From the human T2T-CHM13v2.0 reference genome, Homo sapiens: a stretch of DNA of 64,000 bases. A program made the position numbers and the translations under genes. The stretch lies in the NCBI RefSeq assembly GCF_009914755.1, contig NC_060942.1, one strand, 5' to 3'. Positions 1 to 13,095 of the stretch are shown here, one piece after another; the stretch's first letter is position 1, and every line of letters begins with the position of its first letter. The notes beneath the pieces were generated by a model that saw nothing but the letters and a program-made list of their open reading frames with translations, was not told the DNA's origin and searched no databases.

Positions 1-334
1 TTGTAGGGACATGGATGAAGCTGGAAACCATCATTCTCAGCAAACTATCACAGGGACAAGAAAACCAAACACTGCATGTTCTCAGTCATAGGTGGGAATT
101 GAACAATGAGAACACTTGGACACAGGGTGGGGAACATCACACACCAGGGCCTGTCGTGGGGTGGGGGAAGGGGGGAGGGATAGCATTAGGAGATATACCT
201 AATGTAAATGACGAGTTAATGGGTGCAGCACACAAACATGGCATATGTATACATATGTTAACAAACCTGCACATTGTGTACATGTACCCTAGAACTTAAA
301 GTATAATAATAAAAAAAATCTAAAAAAAAGAAAA
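1..334 (+). mobile_element. L1PA (primate LINE-1) 3' end with 3'UTR and poly(A) tail, cut by the window edge
   Basis: Contains ggatgaagctggaaaccatcattctcagcaaacta, the G-rich 3'UTR tract and ccctagaacttaaagtataata followed by an A tail. Confidence 0.97.
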
Positions 335-464
335 TGAATTGAGATACCTGGATCTTGCTTGGTGTTATAGACAGATCTTAAATATGGCTTTGATATTTAA
401 TAACAGCTACTAACTTATATGGTTTGGTTCTGTACTGATAAGTCAGAAGAAGTAGGCTTAGGAC

Positions 465-650
465 TGGTGGGGTGCTAGAGATGGTGTGTATCTGCTTGGG
501 AAAGGTAATTATTCAGGAATTTTGTGAGCAGGTGGCTAAACTCTTGGTAACTTGAAACTGGCCATAATGGAGATAAGTGCATCAGAAAAATGAACAAATA
601 TTACAAATACAAGTGATGGGTGTGTACGCTAGTTTACTAGGACACTACTG
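465..650. mobile_element. MER63-like hAT (Blackjack) DNA transposon remnant
   Basis: The internal tattcaggaattttgtgagc...acttgaaactggccata and terminal gtttactaggacactactg resemble recalled MER63 sequence and its terminal inverted repeat. Confidence 0.6.
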
Positions 651-932
651 AATCATGGTGTAAGTTTCCTTGCCTCATTGGGAAGATATGACTACTGCAA
701 CTCTGCAGAAGTAATCTACATAAATGATGAAATATAACTGTATATACAGAAAAACTATGAATGGGGACAGTTATAAATCACTAGTTTACCAGAACACTAC
801 TGAACCATGGTGGGTAAGTTTCCCTGCCTCATTGGGAAGATATGACTACTGCAACTCTGCAGAAGGAATCTACATAAGTGATGAAATATAACTGTATATA
901 CAGAAAAACTATGAATGGGGACAGTTATAAAT
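629..932 (+). repeat. Tandem duplication, 2 x about 152 bp
   Basis: ctagtttac...ggggacagttataaat occurs at 629-779 and again at 781-932 with few differences. Confidence 0.97.
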
Positions 933-1889
933 TGGCCTTAAAGTATCTGAAGATACTTTTATATTTTTGATCAATGATATGCTTAGGTTTTTATATACAA
1001 GTTAGTGATTGTAGTAGTTAAGTTAGAAAAATATATAATAAAGCAGTATTTATGCCCAGAAAATCTTAGGAAGGATTAAGTGTCCTTAGAGGGAACTAGA
1101 AGGTTATCAACTCAAGGTGGTAGTGACATTTTGTTAATCCATCTAGACATCTTGAAGGAAAATGGTGTGTCTCAGTTTTCTATCTGAGTTAAATCAACTA
1201 TATATTTCTTAAACTTGATGTAGAGTTAGCATTCTTGGGGGCAGGCCAATAACAAATGAACATTAGCAATATTTTGTTCAGGGTCTCAGAATACATCAAA
1301 ATGTCTTCTAGATCCACAATTATGTAGTAGTTTAAAAGGTCAAAGAATGAATCATTCATGACATGCTAAAATACCTATATTGCATAACTGAAGCTGAACA
1401 CGTTGCAGTATAGTTGGAGAGAATATAATGTATACAAATTTTAGTCCTGCTTTCAGTTCTCTCTCTTGTGTCAACCAGATCAGACATGTTAAAAAATCTA
1501 GTTAGGTGTAAATGGTGGCTATTTTTCTACTAAGGTGGGTGTTAGGCTGCTAATAGACTGAATATCCAGAAGTTGTTAGAAAGGATGAAGCTCTATACCA
1601 TTTTACCAAATAAATTTGGATCTCTATGAAGAGGAATTGAGTCCATGTTTAACATTTTGCCTATGAAGTCTCAACATGCCCTGTTCTTTCATTTTAGCAG
1701 TGATATTTTAGTATAGCTCTTTAGGATACACATTTTTGGGGTACAAGGTCAAGACTGCAATGTACAGGCTGTCAGTGGTAGCTTCTTAGCCTAATGGAGC
1801 TGAACATAATCTTGAGGTCATGACAATTCCAGGGTAGGATTAGTATAGGTCTTCATAATTATTAACTGTAAAGCCTAATAGAGTAGTTT

Positions 1890-2180
1890 CAACAATTGCT
1901 AACATCAGCAATTGTTAACATTTTGTCATTCTTCATTCTTTCTCTTTCTCCCTTCCTCTCCCCACCTACCAACTATTTATTTTTTTTGCTGAACTATTTA
2001 CAAGGATGTTGTAGACATTGATACTTTTTTCCTAAACATGTTTGATAAATGTTCTAAAAATATAAACTTTACCCCGACTAATTATATTACCATTATTACA
2101 TCTTAAGAAAAATTAACAATACCATTCCAACATCATCTAATATTCTGTCCACACTCAAATTTCTCCAATTGTCTCCAAAA
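1890..2180 (-). mobile_element. Old L1M (L1MC/ME-type) 3' fragment
   Basis: catcatctaatattctgtccacactcaaatttctccaattgtctcc resembles the antisense of old L1M 3' ends. Confidence 0.55.
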
Positions 2181-3999
2181 AGTCTTACTTAAGGAACAAT
2201 AGCTTCATCACAGGCCTGTGATATTTAACACTGTAATCTTAAGTCCTGGCACTACCCTTAATCCCCATGTTTGGATGAAGATTCAGAAATCCCTTTGTCT
2301 GAAGTGTTTTGGGGAAAACAAGACTGGGTATTCTCTCTCCTTTGTGAAGTGAGAATTACCCTCTTCATTGTCAGGGTGATGCTGTGGTAGTCTGCCATAC
2401 TTCCCGATATTGTAGATATAAGTAAGAAAAAATACTTAACAGTTCTCTCATAACAACAGGTAGTGCTTCATTTTGGTCTTCCTAAAACAATACATCAGTC
2501 TCCCAAGAAAATGCAGAAGTGAAATCATGCCATACTTACTAAGTAATAGATTTCTAAGTTGGTAGCTTCTTACCCTAGAAACAGAAACATTGGGCTTATT
2601 ATAACTGAGTTCCTGGTAATTTTGACCCTTATAAGGGTAGATACATCCCTAATTTTTTGTACTCTCATTTGTTTGTGTTGCAAAGATCCATCAGCATTCA
2701 GATAATTGCAGTGATTAACGAGTTAACTGAACCGGAAGCTGACAAAGTAAGATGCTAGGAGCAGATGGTGTTGTCAAATAGAGGTATAATTGCATTAAAA
2801 AAAATCTCTTCAAAATAGTTTCTCAAGCTTCAGGTAACTTAGATGACATTTAGCAGCCTCTGAAAATCACTTAAATTGGTACAGAAATAAAAGAATTATG
2901 GAAGAAAATGTCACCATCTGAATTTGTCTTGAGACTTTTTGAGTGGAGACACCTGAGCTTCTGTTAATATTGGCAACTATTTACAGCCCATAGAATAGAA
3001 CGTGTCATTGCTGTGTTAAGTTTAGCTCATTAGGTGGGGAAGTTCTTTTGTGGCAGTCTGGAGACTAATGGATTTAGTGCTCTGAGATATAAAGTATATG
3101 GGAAAAGAAAAATGTATAAATTATCTTAAGTACAAATATGGGAAAACTCACTGGAGCTTTTAAAGAAAGGTGATTAATGCAATTGAAAACTGCAGGAAAA
3201 ATAGTCCTTTTTTATTTTATAGTTTGTCACTGTTACTGAATATGGCACAGCAAGAATTAAATGTAAAGTGCTCATAACATTTGGAAGCATTGCAAATATT
3301 GATGAAGAATCTAGGATTTTGGGGGGAATAGATACATAGTATACATGAAAGACCTAAGAAGTATACTCATAAAAATTTAGAGCTAGGATAAAGTTGTAAT
3401 ATCAAATCAAGCTTCTTGTTTTACAGGTAAGAAAAATGAAGCCCAAAGATGAGCCAGAGCTAAAATTCTTATTTGGACTCAAGGATGTACATCCTTTGAA
3501 ATTATACAAAATCTAAAATATGTCATTGTCAAATATATCATAGAGAAGCAGTGATAGGCCAGTTATCTTACTATAACCACAAATATAAGCCAAGCCTGAC
3601 ATGCGGTATCTTAGAGAGGCAGGAAATGGCACTGAGGAGATGATAGATTTGAAATCTAACCATTTGGGAATTAAGCCCTGACTTTAGTCCTTATTAACAG
3701 AAATAAAATTACTTAACTTTTCTAGGCTCATTACTTCCTTTGATCAAGTGTACAGTCTCTACCAGGGCCCATGAGCTTTCCAACAATGGTGGAATTACTA
3801 AATGCCAAAAAGGGCTTGTCTTTGTCTCCAAATTCTTGGGGCCACCTCTTTGATTTTTCCAGCTGTGGCTTGCCACAGGTTCTATACAGCATTCTACCTT
3901 GACACAAATACTTTAGCATCACTTGATCAGCTAGATCATAAGTAGTAAATTTATGCATTAGGGCCCAAAGAAACTGAATAACTTTCTTTTATTCTAGGA

Positions 4000-4195
4000 C
4001 AGTGGTTCCCAAATTGTGGTTCCTGAACCAGCAGCATCAGTATCATATAAAAACTTATTTGAAATGTAAATTATTGAGCATAATTCTACTGAATCAAACT
4101 CCAGAGGTAAGAAGCATCTGAAATTTTTAAATCAGAAATCTGCCTCAACAAACTCTCCAGGTGATTTTTATATATGCTAAAGTTTAAAAGTTTCT
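4000..4195. mobile_element. MER5A (hAT-Charlie) MITE
   Basis: Contains cagtggttcccaaattgtggttcctgaaccagcagcatcagtatc, ctactgaatcaaactc and ccaggtgattttta. Confidence 0.85.
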
Positions 4196-4329
4196 AGTTG
4201 TTTAGAGTGGGAAGTTGTCAGTTTTTTGTATCATCTGGTTAGTGGGTCAGAAAATCATGTTCAGAAGCATATTTTGCCACCATAATCCAAAGAGATATTA
4301 AGTTTGTATTGTGTGCAAGATGCAGCTAC

Positions 4330-4900
4330 TTGTCCTTCTCTTCCAGGTGTATTGACATACGCCAGGTCATTCCCCCAGAGAGTCTGCTAAAATGGCAGGC
4401 CCCTATATTTTCATGTGATCATCATCTCCAACCTGATATCATGTCTTATCAAGAAATTTAGGGGACTGTTAGTTTATGTTTCTTTAGCATCTGTTAGCAT
4501 TAAGTTATCACCTTATTGCACAACCATGATGTCCTGTGTGATAAGATGATCGGGACTCTGGCAAACTAAATTATGGCATAAAAACCAGATCACTGACATA
4601 ACCCTCAGGGATGATGAAAGTGGTGCAGCATCTGTCTTTTCCATGGGAAATCACCTATGATTATTTCTCAGGTCCTGTCACCCATTACATTATCTTGTCT
4701 CTAGATGATAAGTGATGAGCCTGGCCTTGGCCCATGGGGATGCCGGCATTTCCTTTGAAATAAGGAAGCCAATGTCAACTATGGTGACTTTCATTACCAT
4801 CCCTGGCATATAGGATATAATTTCCAAATACTTTCCAAGATCCTGGTGTTCTCCACAGCAGAATATTTTTCAACGCATTGTTGGGAAAAACAGTCATCTG
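4330..4900 (-). mobile_element. Highly degenerate ERV-L (class III) pol/RT remnant
   Basis: Minus-strand translation with a frameshift gives PEGYVSDLVF/CHNLVCQSPDHLITQDIMVVQ*GDNLML. This resembles the ERV-L RT segment LPQGY..SPALCHNLV..DLD......ITLVHYIDDIML. Confidence 0.6.
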
Positions 4901-5635
4901 AGTTTTCTTAAATGAGTAGCTCACAAGACATGATAAGTTTACTCCAACATTCCTATCTCTTTGGATTCTGCATTTCTTCCTGCATATTACTTGTCAAGGT
5001 ATTTATGGCATCTCAACTTCATAAATGCTGGGCCACTGTTGAATACAGGTTTAGATTGACCAACTGACCATCAAGGTGGTATCTCTAGGAGTCTACAAGA
5101 ACTACAGTGTTACTGGGCTTGGAGTGTCCCCTAATGCACATAATATAATAATTACAACCATTCCCCACTGCTGATGCCAAGATGTTGCAATAGTATTCAT
5201 ATTATATGTTCACCCCAATTTTGCATCAACTTTCTCCTTTTGTGGTCTGGTGTTCTCAAAATTCATTCCTGCACATGTTCTTCAGGTTTGTAAATTATTA
5301 ATATTCTACAAGTTTCTTTCTGTAACTAAGCCTTTTCTTCCATGGTCTGAGTTTTCATTTTATTCCCTGTGGCATCTTAATTATATGTTTGAACTTGGGT
5401 AGAACATGATGAGAATGAGGACTGGATCCCTTTTTTAAAACACGCTACAACCTGAGTCATTACAGAGTCTTCAAGCAAGGAAGAAATGGCTTCAATGTTG
5501 GGGAAGAAAATTTGCCTCTTCTGCCAGGGAAGTCGTGGTAGATGTGTAGTGTCAGGGTATTGTGTGGATTATAGCTTCCAATATTTCCCTATTCCAATGC
5601 CATTATTCCCTACCAATACTTTAACTTCTCTAAAG

Positions 5636-5692
5636 AGACCAGGTGAATTCATTGGACATTGGACAACAGACCAGGTGAATTCATTGGACATT
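5636..5692 (+). repeat. 25-bp perfect direct repeat x2 with 7-bp spacer
   Basis: agaccaggtgaattcattggacatt at 5636-5660 and 5668-5692. Confidence 0.95.
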
Positions 5693-5965
5693 ATAACTAT
5701 TTCAGGAAACTGTAGGGTGAAAAGCTGAGTTTGATTTCTTTTAAAACTATCTTAGCCCTGCAGCTGTAACAGATAAAAGATTATTTTAATACAGCTTTAG
5801 AGAGTTCCTGATTTTTTTTTTTTGCCTGTGCCTTGAATCAAGATTCTAATATTTTAAGCTTGACATACTATTTCTTTAAGTTTCCAACACTCTTAAAAGC
5901 ATCCTCTCTACCCCCACTCCCAAATCAACAGTCGTTTAGTTTCTCAAGCTCTGGGGTAAAAGAGT

Positions 5966-8900
5966 GGAGCGAGATGGCCAAATAGAACCCTCCACCAGTC
6001 ATCCTCCCTGCAGGAACATCAAATTTAACAGCTATCTACATGACAAACACCTTCATAAGAATGCAAAATTAAGTGAGCAATCACAGTACCTGGTTTTAAA
6101 TTCATATCACTGAGAGAGGTACTGAAGAGGGTAGAAAAGACAGTCTTGAATTGCTGAAGCCAACCCTCCCTTATTCCCTAGCAGCAGCCACGTGGTATGG
6201 TGTGGTGCTTCAGGGAGGGAGAATGTAGTGATTGTGAGACTTTGCATTGGAACTCAGTCCTGCCCTGTCACAGTGGAAAGCAATGCTGGGCAGAGCTCAG
6301 CTGGCACCCAAAGAGAAGGCATTTAGACCAGCCCTAACCAGAAGGGAATCACCCACCTCAGCAGTCAGAACTTGAGTTTCAGCAAGCCTCACCACTACAG
6401 GCTGAAGGGCTCTGGGGTCCTAAATAAACTTGAAAGACAATCTAGGCCATAAAGACTGTAACTCCTAGAGAGGTCCCAGTGCTGTGCTGGGCTTGGAGCG
6501 AGTGGACTTGGGGGCACACAACCTAGTGAGACACTGGCCAAGGTGCACAAGTGCCCCTCCCCCAGCCCCTGGCAGTGCAGCTCGCAGCTCCAAAAGAGAC
6601 CCCTTCCTTCCACTTGAGAAGTGAGGGAAGAGTAAAGAGGACTTTCTTCTGCAAGTTGGATAGCAGCTTAGGCATAGTAGGATAGGGCACTGGGTAGAGT
6701 CATAAGGCCTCTATTCCAGGCCCTAGCTTCTGGAGGACATTTCTAGACACAACCTGGGTCAGAAGGGAACATTTTTCCTTGAAGGGAAGGACACGGTCAT
6801 GACAGGATTCATTACCTGGCAACTAAAGAGCCCTTTTGGGCCATCACTAATCAGCAGCAATAGCCAAGTAGAACACACCATGGGCTTTGAGTGAGACTCT
6901 GAGATGTGCTGGCTTCAGGTGAAACCCAGCACATTTATAGCTGTGGTGGCTATGAAGAGACAACTTCTGCTTGAGAAAACCAGGAGGAGAGTAAAGGGAA
7001 CTTTGTCTTGCAGCTTAGGTGCCAGCTCGTTCACAGTGAGGTAGATCACCATGTGGGCTCTTAGGGTCTCTGATTTCAGGCCTTGGCTTTTAGATGGCAT
7101 TTCTGGACCTGCTGTGGGCCAGAGGGGACACGACTGCCTTGAAGCATGAGTCCCAGGCCAGGCAGCATTCACCACAGCTAAATGAAGAGCCCTTAGACCT
7201 TAAGCAAACATTGGTAGTAGCCTGGCAGTACTCCCTGTTGGCCTGTGGTGCTGGTGGCCCTGGGGAGAGACTCCTCTGCCTGTGGAAAGGGGAGGAAACA
7301 ATGGGAAGGACTTTGTCTTGTGGTTCGGGTGTACAAGCATAGCTGCAGTAGAATAGAGCACTAGGTAGACTTCTAAGGTTTTTGACTCTAGTCCCTGGCT
7401 CCTAGTCAATATCTCTGGACCTGCTTGGGGCCTGGGGGAACTCCTTGCTCCAAAGGACACAAGCCTGTTTTGCTTCACCACCTGCTGATTGTAGAGATCT
7501 AAGGCCTTGAGTGAACATAGGTGGTAGCCAGGAAGTGGCAATAGCAGGCCTTGGGTGAGACCCAATTCTATGCTGGCTTCAAGTCTGAGCCAGTGTAGTC
7601 CTAGTGGTGGTGGCCACAGGAGTGGCCTTCTGTCACCTTTCCCCCAGCTCCAGGCAGCTCAGGACATAGAGAGACTCTCTGTGTTTGAGAGAAAGTAAGG
7701 GAAGACTACAACAGTCTCTGCCTGATAATCCAGGGTATTTGTCCAGATCTTATCCAAGACCACCAAGGTGGTATCTCTAGGAGTCTACAAGAATTAGTGT
7801 TACTGGGCTTGGGGTGCCCCCTAAGGCAGATATGGCTGTAGTGACCAAAAATTTAGATCACAATACCCAAGTTCTTTCAAGTACCTGGACAGCCTTCCCA
7901 AGAAGGACGTATACAGATAAGCCCAGACTGCGAAGACTACATACAATAAATAACCCTTCAATGCCCAGACACCAACAAACATCTATAAGCATCAACATCA
8001 TCCAGGAAAACATGACCACACCAGATGAATTAAATAAAGCACCAGGAACTAATTCCAGAAAGACAGAGCTATGCGACCTTTCAGATAGTGAATTCAATAG
8101 CTGTTTTGAGGAAACTCAATGAAATTCAAGAAAACACAGAAAAGGAATTTAGAATCCTATCAGATAAATTCAACAAAGAGATTCAAATAACTAAAAAAGT
8201 CAAGCAGAAATTCTGGAGTTGAAAAATAAAATTGGCATACTGAAGAATGCATCAGTCTGTTAATAGCAGAACTTATCAAGAAGAAGAAAGAATTAGCTTG
8301 AAGACAAGCTAATTGAAAATATACAGTCAGAGGAGACAATAGAAAAAAAGAATAAAAAAGAATGAAGCACGCCTACAAGATCTAGAAAATAGCCTTAAAA
8401 GGGAAAATCTAAGAGTTATTGGCCTTAAAGAGGAAGAAGAGAAAGAGATAGCGATGGAAAGTTTATTCAAAAGGATAATAACAGAGGACTTCCCAAACCT
8501 TGAGAAAGATATCAATATACACTTATGAGAAGTTTATAGAACACCAAGTGGATTTAACCCAAAGAAGACTACCTCAAGAAATTTCATAATCAAACTCCCA
8601 AAGGTCAAGGATAAAGGATCCTAAAAGCAGCAAGAGAAAAGAAACAGATTACATATAATGGAGCTCCAATAGCCTGGCAGCAGACTTTTCAGTGGAAACC
8701 TTACGGGCCAGAAGAGAGTGGCATGACATATGACCTTACCCTAGAATAGTATATCTGGTGAAAATATCCTTCAAACATGAAGGAGAAATAAAAAGTTTCC
8801 TAGACAAACAAAAGCTGAGGGATTTCATCAGCGCTAGACCTATCCTAGAAGAAATGCTAAGAGGAGTTCTTCAGTCTGAAAAAAAGGACATTATTGAGCA

Positions 8901-9292
8901 ATAAAAAATTATCCGAAGGTACAAAACTCACTGGTAATAGTAAGCATACAGAAAACCACAGAATATTATAACACTGTAATGGTGATATATAAACTACTCA
9001 TACCTTCAGTAGAAAGACTAAAAGATGAACAATTCAAAACTAACTACAACAACTTTTGCAGACATAGACAGTACAATAAGACATAAATAGAAACAATAAA
9101 AAGTTAAAAAGCAGGGTGATAAAGTATGTAGCTTTTATTAGTTCTTAGTTACTTTATTAGTTACTTGTATGTTAGTTTCTTTATGCAATCAGTGTTAAGT
9201 TGTCATCAGTTTAAAATAATGAGTTATAAAATACCATTTGCAAGCCTCATGGTAACCTGAAATCAATAAACATACAATGGATAAGCAAAAAA
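5966..9292 (+). mobile_element. L1M1/L1MA-type LINE-1 5' portion (5'UTR, disrupted ORF1, inter-ORF region), 3'-truncated
   Basis: Starts gagatggccaaatagaaccctcc and has a repetitive 5'UTR. ORF1 remnants lie at about 7960-8900 (QENMTTPDELNKAPGTN, later gcagacttttcagtggaaacc). It ends near gcaagcctcatggtaacc. Confidence 0.92.
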
Positions 9293-10221
9293 CATTTCTT
9301 AATCTCTTCATTTGGTTTTTATAATAGAAGCCATGTGGTTCTCTCCAGCTTTGCCTTCAGTGGGCACATCATTTCAAGTGACCACAGGGGATAATTTCTC
9401 TTTCTTTACTGCAGGCCATATTTATAAGCATCTTTTCCACAGGGCCCCATTTTCTTTTTTCCCTGAGGCCTTATTGCATTTATCCATTAAGTTTCTTAAT
9501 TTTGAGCACTATAAATCAATAAAAGCTAATTTAAGTCCTCAAAGAATTAACTAAAAAAATACTAGGAAGCTCATAGAATTCTTAGAAGGTTCAGGAAACC
9601 AGGCTTAGTAGTCACAGTTAGAAACAAGATGAAAGTCATATTATTGCTCTGATAGGCCACTTGCCCCACTGATATGGGAACACTTGCTGGAAGCACCCTC
9701 CCTGCTGTCTTGGGAGAGTTGTTTCTGCTGTCACCAATTTCTTCGACAGCATTTCATGCTTTGTCATTAGTTCCCCATTGAAGTTCAACATGGGTGCCTA
9801 TGGCTGATACAACCTTTCTTACCTATCCATGCTGTAAATGGGGTGGGGGGCAGAGAAAATTCATATTTGGCATTTCTACCTTTCAAGTGGGAGGTGATCT
9901 CAGATTTATTCAGAAATACTGTGTAAGGTAATGTCTGTAAAGCAATTACACAATATCTAGACATACAGAAAGCTCTCAAAAATAGAATATATAATATGTA
10001 TTATTGTTATATAATGAGTGAAGTGGTTTTATGATCATCAGGTAGTGGACAAGGATGTAAAATATTGTCTTTCTCAAAGTTTCTAATGTGACTGCCTTGT
10101 GCTTTGGGAGCTTAATTAGGATTGCTGTCTTTGGTAGATGAAAGGAAAATTTGCTGTAGTTTATTGCACAGTGTTATTTATGCATTCAACAAATGTTTGT
10201 TATTTCCTGTTTTTCTTCTTT

Positions 10222-11041
10222 TTTTCTTTTTATTATTTTATTTTATTTTTGTTATACTTTAAGTTCTAGGGTACATGTGCACAACGTGCAGGTTTGTTAC
10301 ATATGTATACATGTGCCATATTGGTGTGCTGCACCCATTAACTCATCATTTTCGTTAGGTATATCTCCTAATGCTATCCCTCCCCCCTCCCCCCACCCCA
10401 CGACAGGCCCCAGTGTGTGATGTTCCCCTTCCTGTGTCCAAGTGTTCTCATTGTTCAATTCCCACCTATGAGTGAGAACATATGGTGTTTGGTTTTTTGT
10501 CCTTGCCATAGTTTGCTGAGAATGATGGTTTCCAGCTTCATCCATGTCCCTACAAAGGACATGAACTCATCCTTTTTTATGGCTGCATAGTATTCCATGG
10601 TGTATATGTGCCACATTTTCTTAATCCATTCTATCATTGATGGACATTTGGGTTGGTTCCAAGTCTTTGCTATTGTGAATAGTACCGCAATAAACATACG
10701 TGTGCATGTGTCTTTATAGCAGCATGATTTATAATCCTATGGGTATATACCCAGTAATGGGATGGCTGGGTCAAATGGTATTTCTAGTTCTAGATCCTTG
10801 AGGAATTGCCACAGTCTTCCATGATGGTTGAACTAGTTTACAGTCCCACCGACAGTGTAAAAGTGTTCCTATTTCTCCACATCCTCTCCAGCACCTGTTG
10901 TTTCCTGACTTTTTCATGATCGCCATTCTAACTGGTGTGAGATGGTATCTCATTGTGGTTTTGATTTGCATTTCTCTGATGGCCAGTGATGATGGGCATT
11001 TTTTCATGTGTCTGTTGGCTGCATAAATGTCTTCTTTTGAG
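10222..11041 (-). mobile_element. L1PA 5'-truncated insertion (ORF2 C-terminus and 3'UTR) with 20-bp TSD
   Basis: ORF2 peptides [23 protein letters not shown] and MFIAVLFTIAKTWNQPKCPS, plus a poly(T) tail. The TSD atttcctgtttttcttcttt is at 10202-10221 and 11051-11070. Confidence 0.98.
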
Positions 11042-11169
11042 TGGGGGCCAATTTCCTGTTTTTCTTCTTTAGACTATCATGAAGTATTGTGGGAAAATCA
11101 AAGGTGAATTCTCACTGCTTGTCCTCAAATTGTGTATAATCCAAAGACAGCAGAGAAAGAGACACCAGA

Positions 11170-11355
11170 ATGTATTGAATATGTGTCAGGCACTATTGGG
11201 ATGTTACACATATTATCTTATGTAAGCCCCTCAATAGCTTTATTGGAAAGTTGTTACCTCCATTTGATAAGAAGTGGAGCCTCAAAGGGGTTAATAAACT
11301 TGCCCAAGGTCATGCAAGAAGGAAAGAGAAAAGCCCAGTTTATGCCCAGAACTGG
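11170..11355 (-). mobile_element. MIR SINE
   Basis: tgtgtcaggcactatt...aacttgcccaaggtcatgca matches the MIR core in antisense. Confidence 0.75.
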
Positions 11356-12719
11356 ATCATGCTTAGAGGAAGGAACAAAACCTCAGAGCTAGAAGAACCA
11401 GGAGTGGAAAACTAACATGGGATTTGAGAATTTGGTCCCAAGTCGAGAGATTCTTATGTTAGCAATGTTATGGAATCTTTTTAGAGGATATTGGCAGGAA
11501 AAAAATGGGTAGATTTTCTTTAAATTGTCAAAACTAGAGTAAATCCATGCTCGAAATATAGCATGCTCCTTTTTGACTGAAATTTTCAAAAGATGCAGAT
11601 AATTCATATCAGGGTCCAGGAAAAAAAAAATAAAAGGCCAGTTAGGCAGTTTGGACACATCCTCTTGTCACTAGATGAACTGGCCACAGATTATGACCTT
11701 ACCAGGGTCTAAGACCTTCCCAGTGGCTCGTAATAACGTACTATCCAATTGACTATTTCTAGACCCACCTGACTAGTGGGTAGTTGTTCTGGCTTACATT
11801 GATTGCCTCAAGGCTTGTGGATTGAACCTGCATGTGGCTGACAGCCCAGTAGCTGGTGGGATTGAGTTTGAGAAAGCCAGGTACTGGCGAAGGCTTGTAA
11901 CCATGATTTCTCACTGAAGAAACTCAGGTGCCCTGGTCAGAGGTAGACAAATGCATTAGATGGACTGGAGTAATTTGTGGAATAAGCATTTTGGGGTGGT
12001 TGTGGTCACAATTGTGCTGGTGGTTATAGTGTCTGGGAAGTGTTTGTAAATAGTTTCTACCATGTGTGATGACTTTGATGCTCTTATAAAATCCCTTGAG
12101 AAGGTTTCCTTAAAGAAGTGCACCAGAGTGACTCAGTATTTACTAGGTAGAGTTAGTTCTTATCTTTGAACCACAGATATGAGGCCATGCTTCATTCTAG
12201 ATGGCATATGAGTGAAAAAGTTCTGATGTTTGTCTATAATAAACCAACTCAAAATCTTGAAAATTATTGCATTTTTACTAGGCAATCTGTATTTTCCAAA
12301 TCAGCTTTTGCACCTTGCAGGAAACACCAAAACCATTTATCGAGTTGTATTTCCTAACTTTAGCCATGCATACATGTGTGTGCACATACACAATACATGC
12401 AAATATAATATATTTATACAAGTTTATAATCATCTTGTTGTATTCTTATTTAGCCATAGAACTTCATCTGTACCACAGTTTTACATTCCTGGCTTAGGGT
12501 ACTACTGTATGTGCATTTTAATTTGTCTGTGAAACACTGCATAGAGTGCAGTGTGTGTGTGTGCCTCTTCTAGGAGGTATTATTTGTATTTTGTGCCTAT
12601 ATGAAATGCATATGGGATTCTAAAGAGAACATTCTTAGTCTCCAATTTCTCCTCATTTGGGGAATTTATCAAGATAGTGCTATTGTCTACTTTGAGATTG
12701 GAAGAGAGTTGGGAACAGT

Positions 12720-12930
12720 GTGATTTATAGTTGAAACATTGATGTAAATCTTGGTTCTGTTGTTTGCTAGTTGTATAACTTTGGGTAAAAATTACAACCA
12801 CTTGGAAGCTGAGTCCCTTCATTTATAAGATGTGGCTAATAATTTTTCCTCCTTAAGGTTGTTGAGAAGACTAAACATATGTAGATATTGCTTCACATAG
12901 TATCTGGCATGTAGCAGGCATTATTATTAA
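12720..12930 (+). mobile_element. MIR SINE
   Basis: Contains ctagttgtataactttgggtaaaattac, ggttgttgagaagactaaa and tctggcatgtag. Confidence 0.75.
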
Positions 12931-12944
12931 TATAATAAAAGGTC

Positions 12945-13095
12945 TGAAATGGAAGGAGTCTTAGAGTTAATAATGTTGACCAACCTTCTCCTTCTGCAGA
13001 TGAAGACTCTGAAGCCCAGAGGGATGAAATAACTTAGCTAGAGTTTTAATATAACTAGTGATAGAGTTGAAATGGCCTCCAAATAGCTAGATTCC
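12945..13095 (-). mobile_element. MIR3/MIRc fragment
   Basis: ttctgcagatgaagactctgaagcccagagggatgaaataactt resembles the antisense MIR core. Confidence 0.6.

Noticed and set aside
3410-3432. ttttacagGTAAGA recursive-splice-site-like motif
   Set aside because: It lies in a MIR-like remnant with a short pyrimidine tract, and there is no evidence of a host transcript.
5636-5692. 25-bp repeat-spacer-repeat as a CRISPR-like array
   Set aside because: It has only two units and a 7-bp spacer in a primate genome, which fits a simple slippage duplication.
6560-7720. Several degenerate repeats of gagagac…ggactttgtcttg
   Set aside because: These are internal repeats of the old L1 5'UTR and are expected for these subfamilies.
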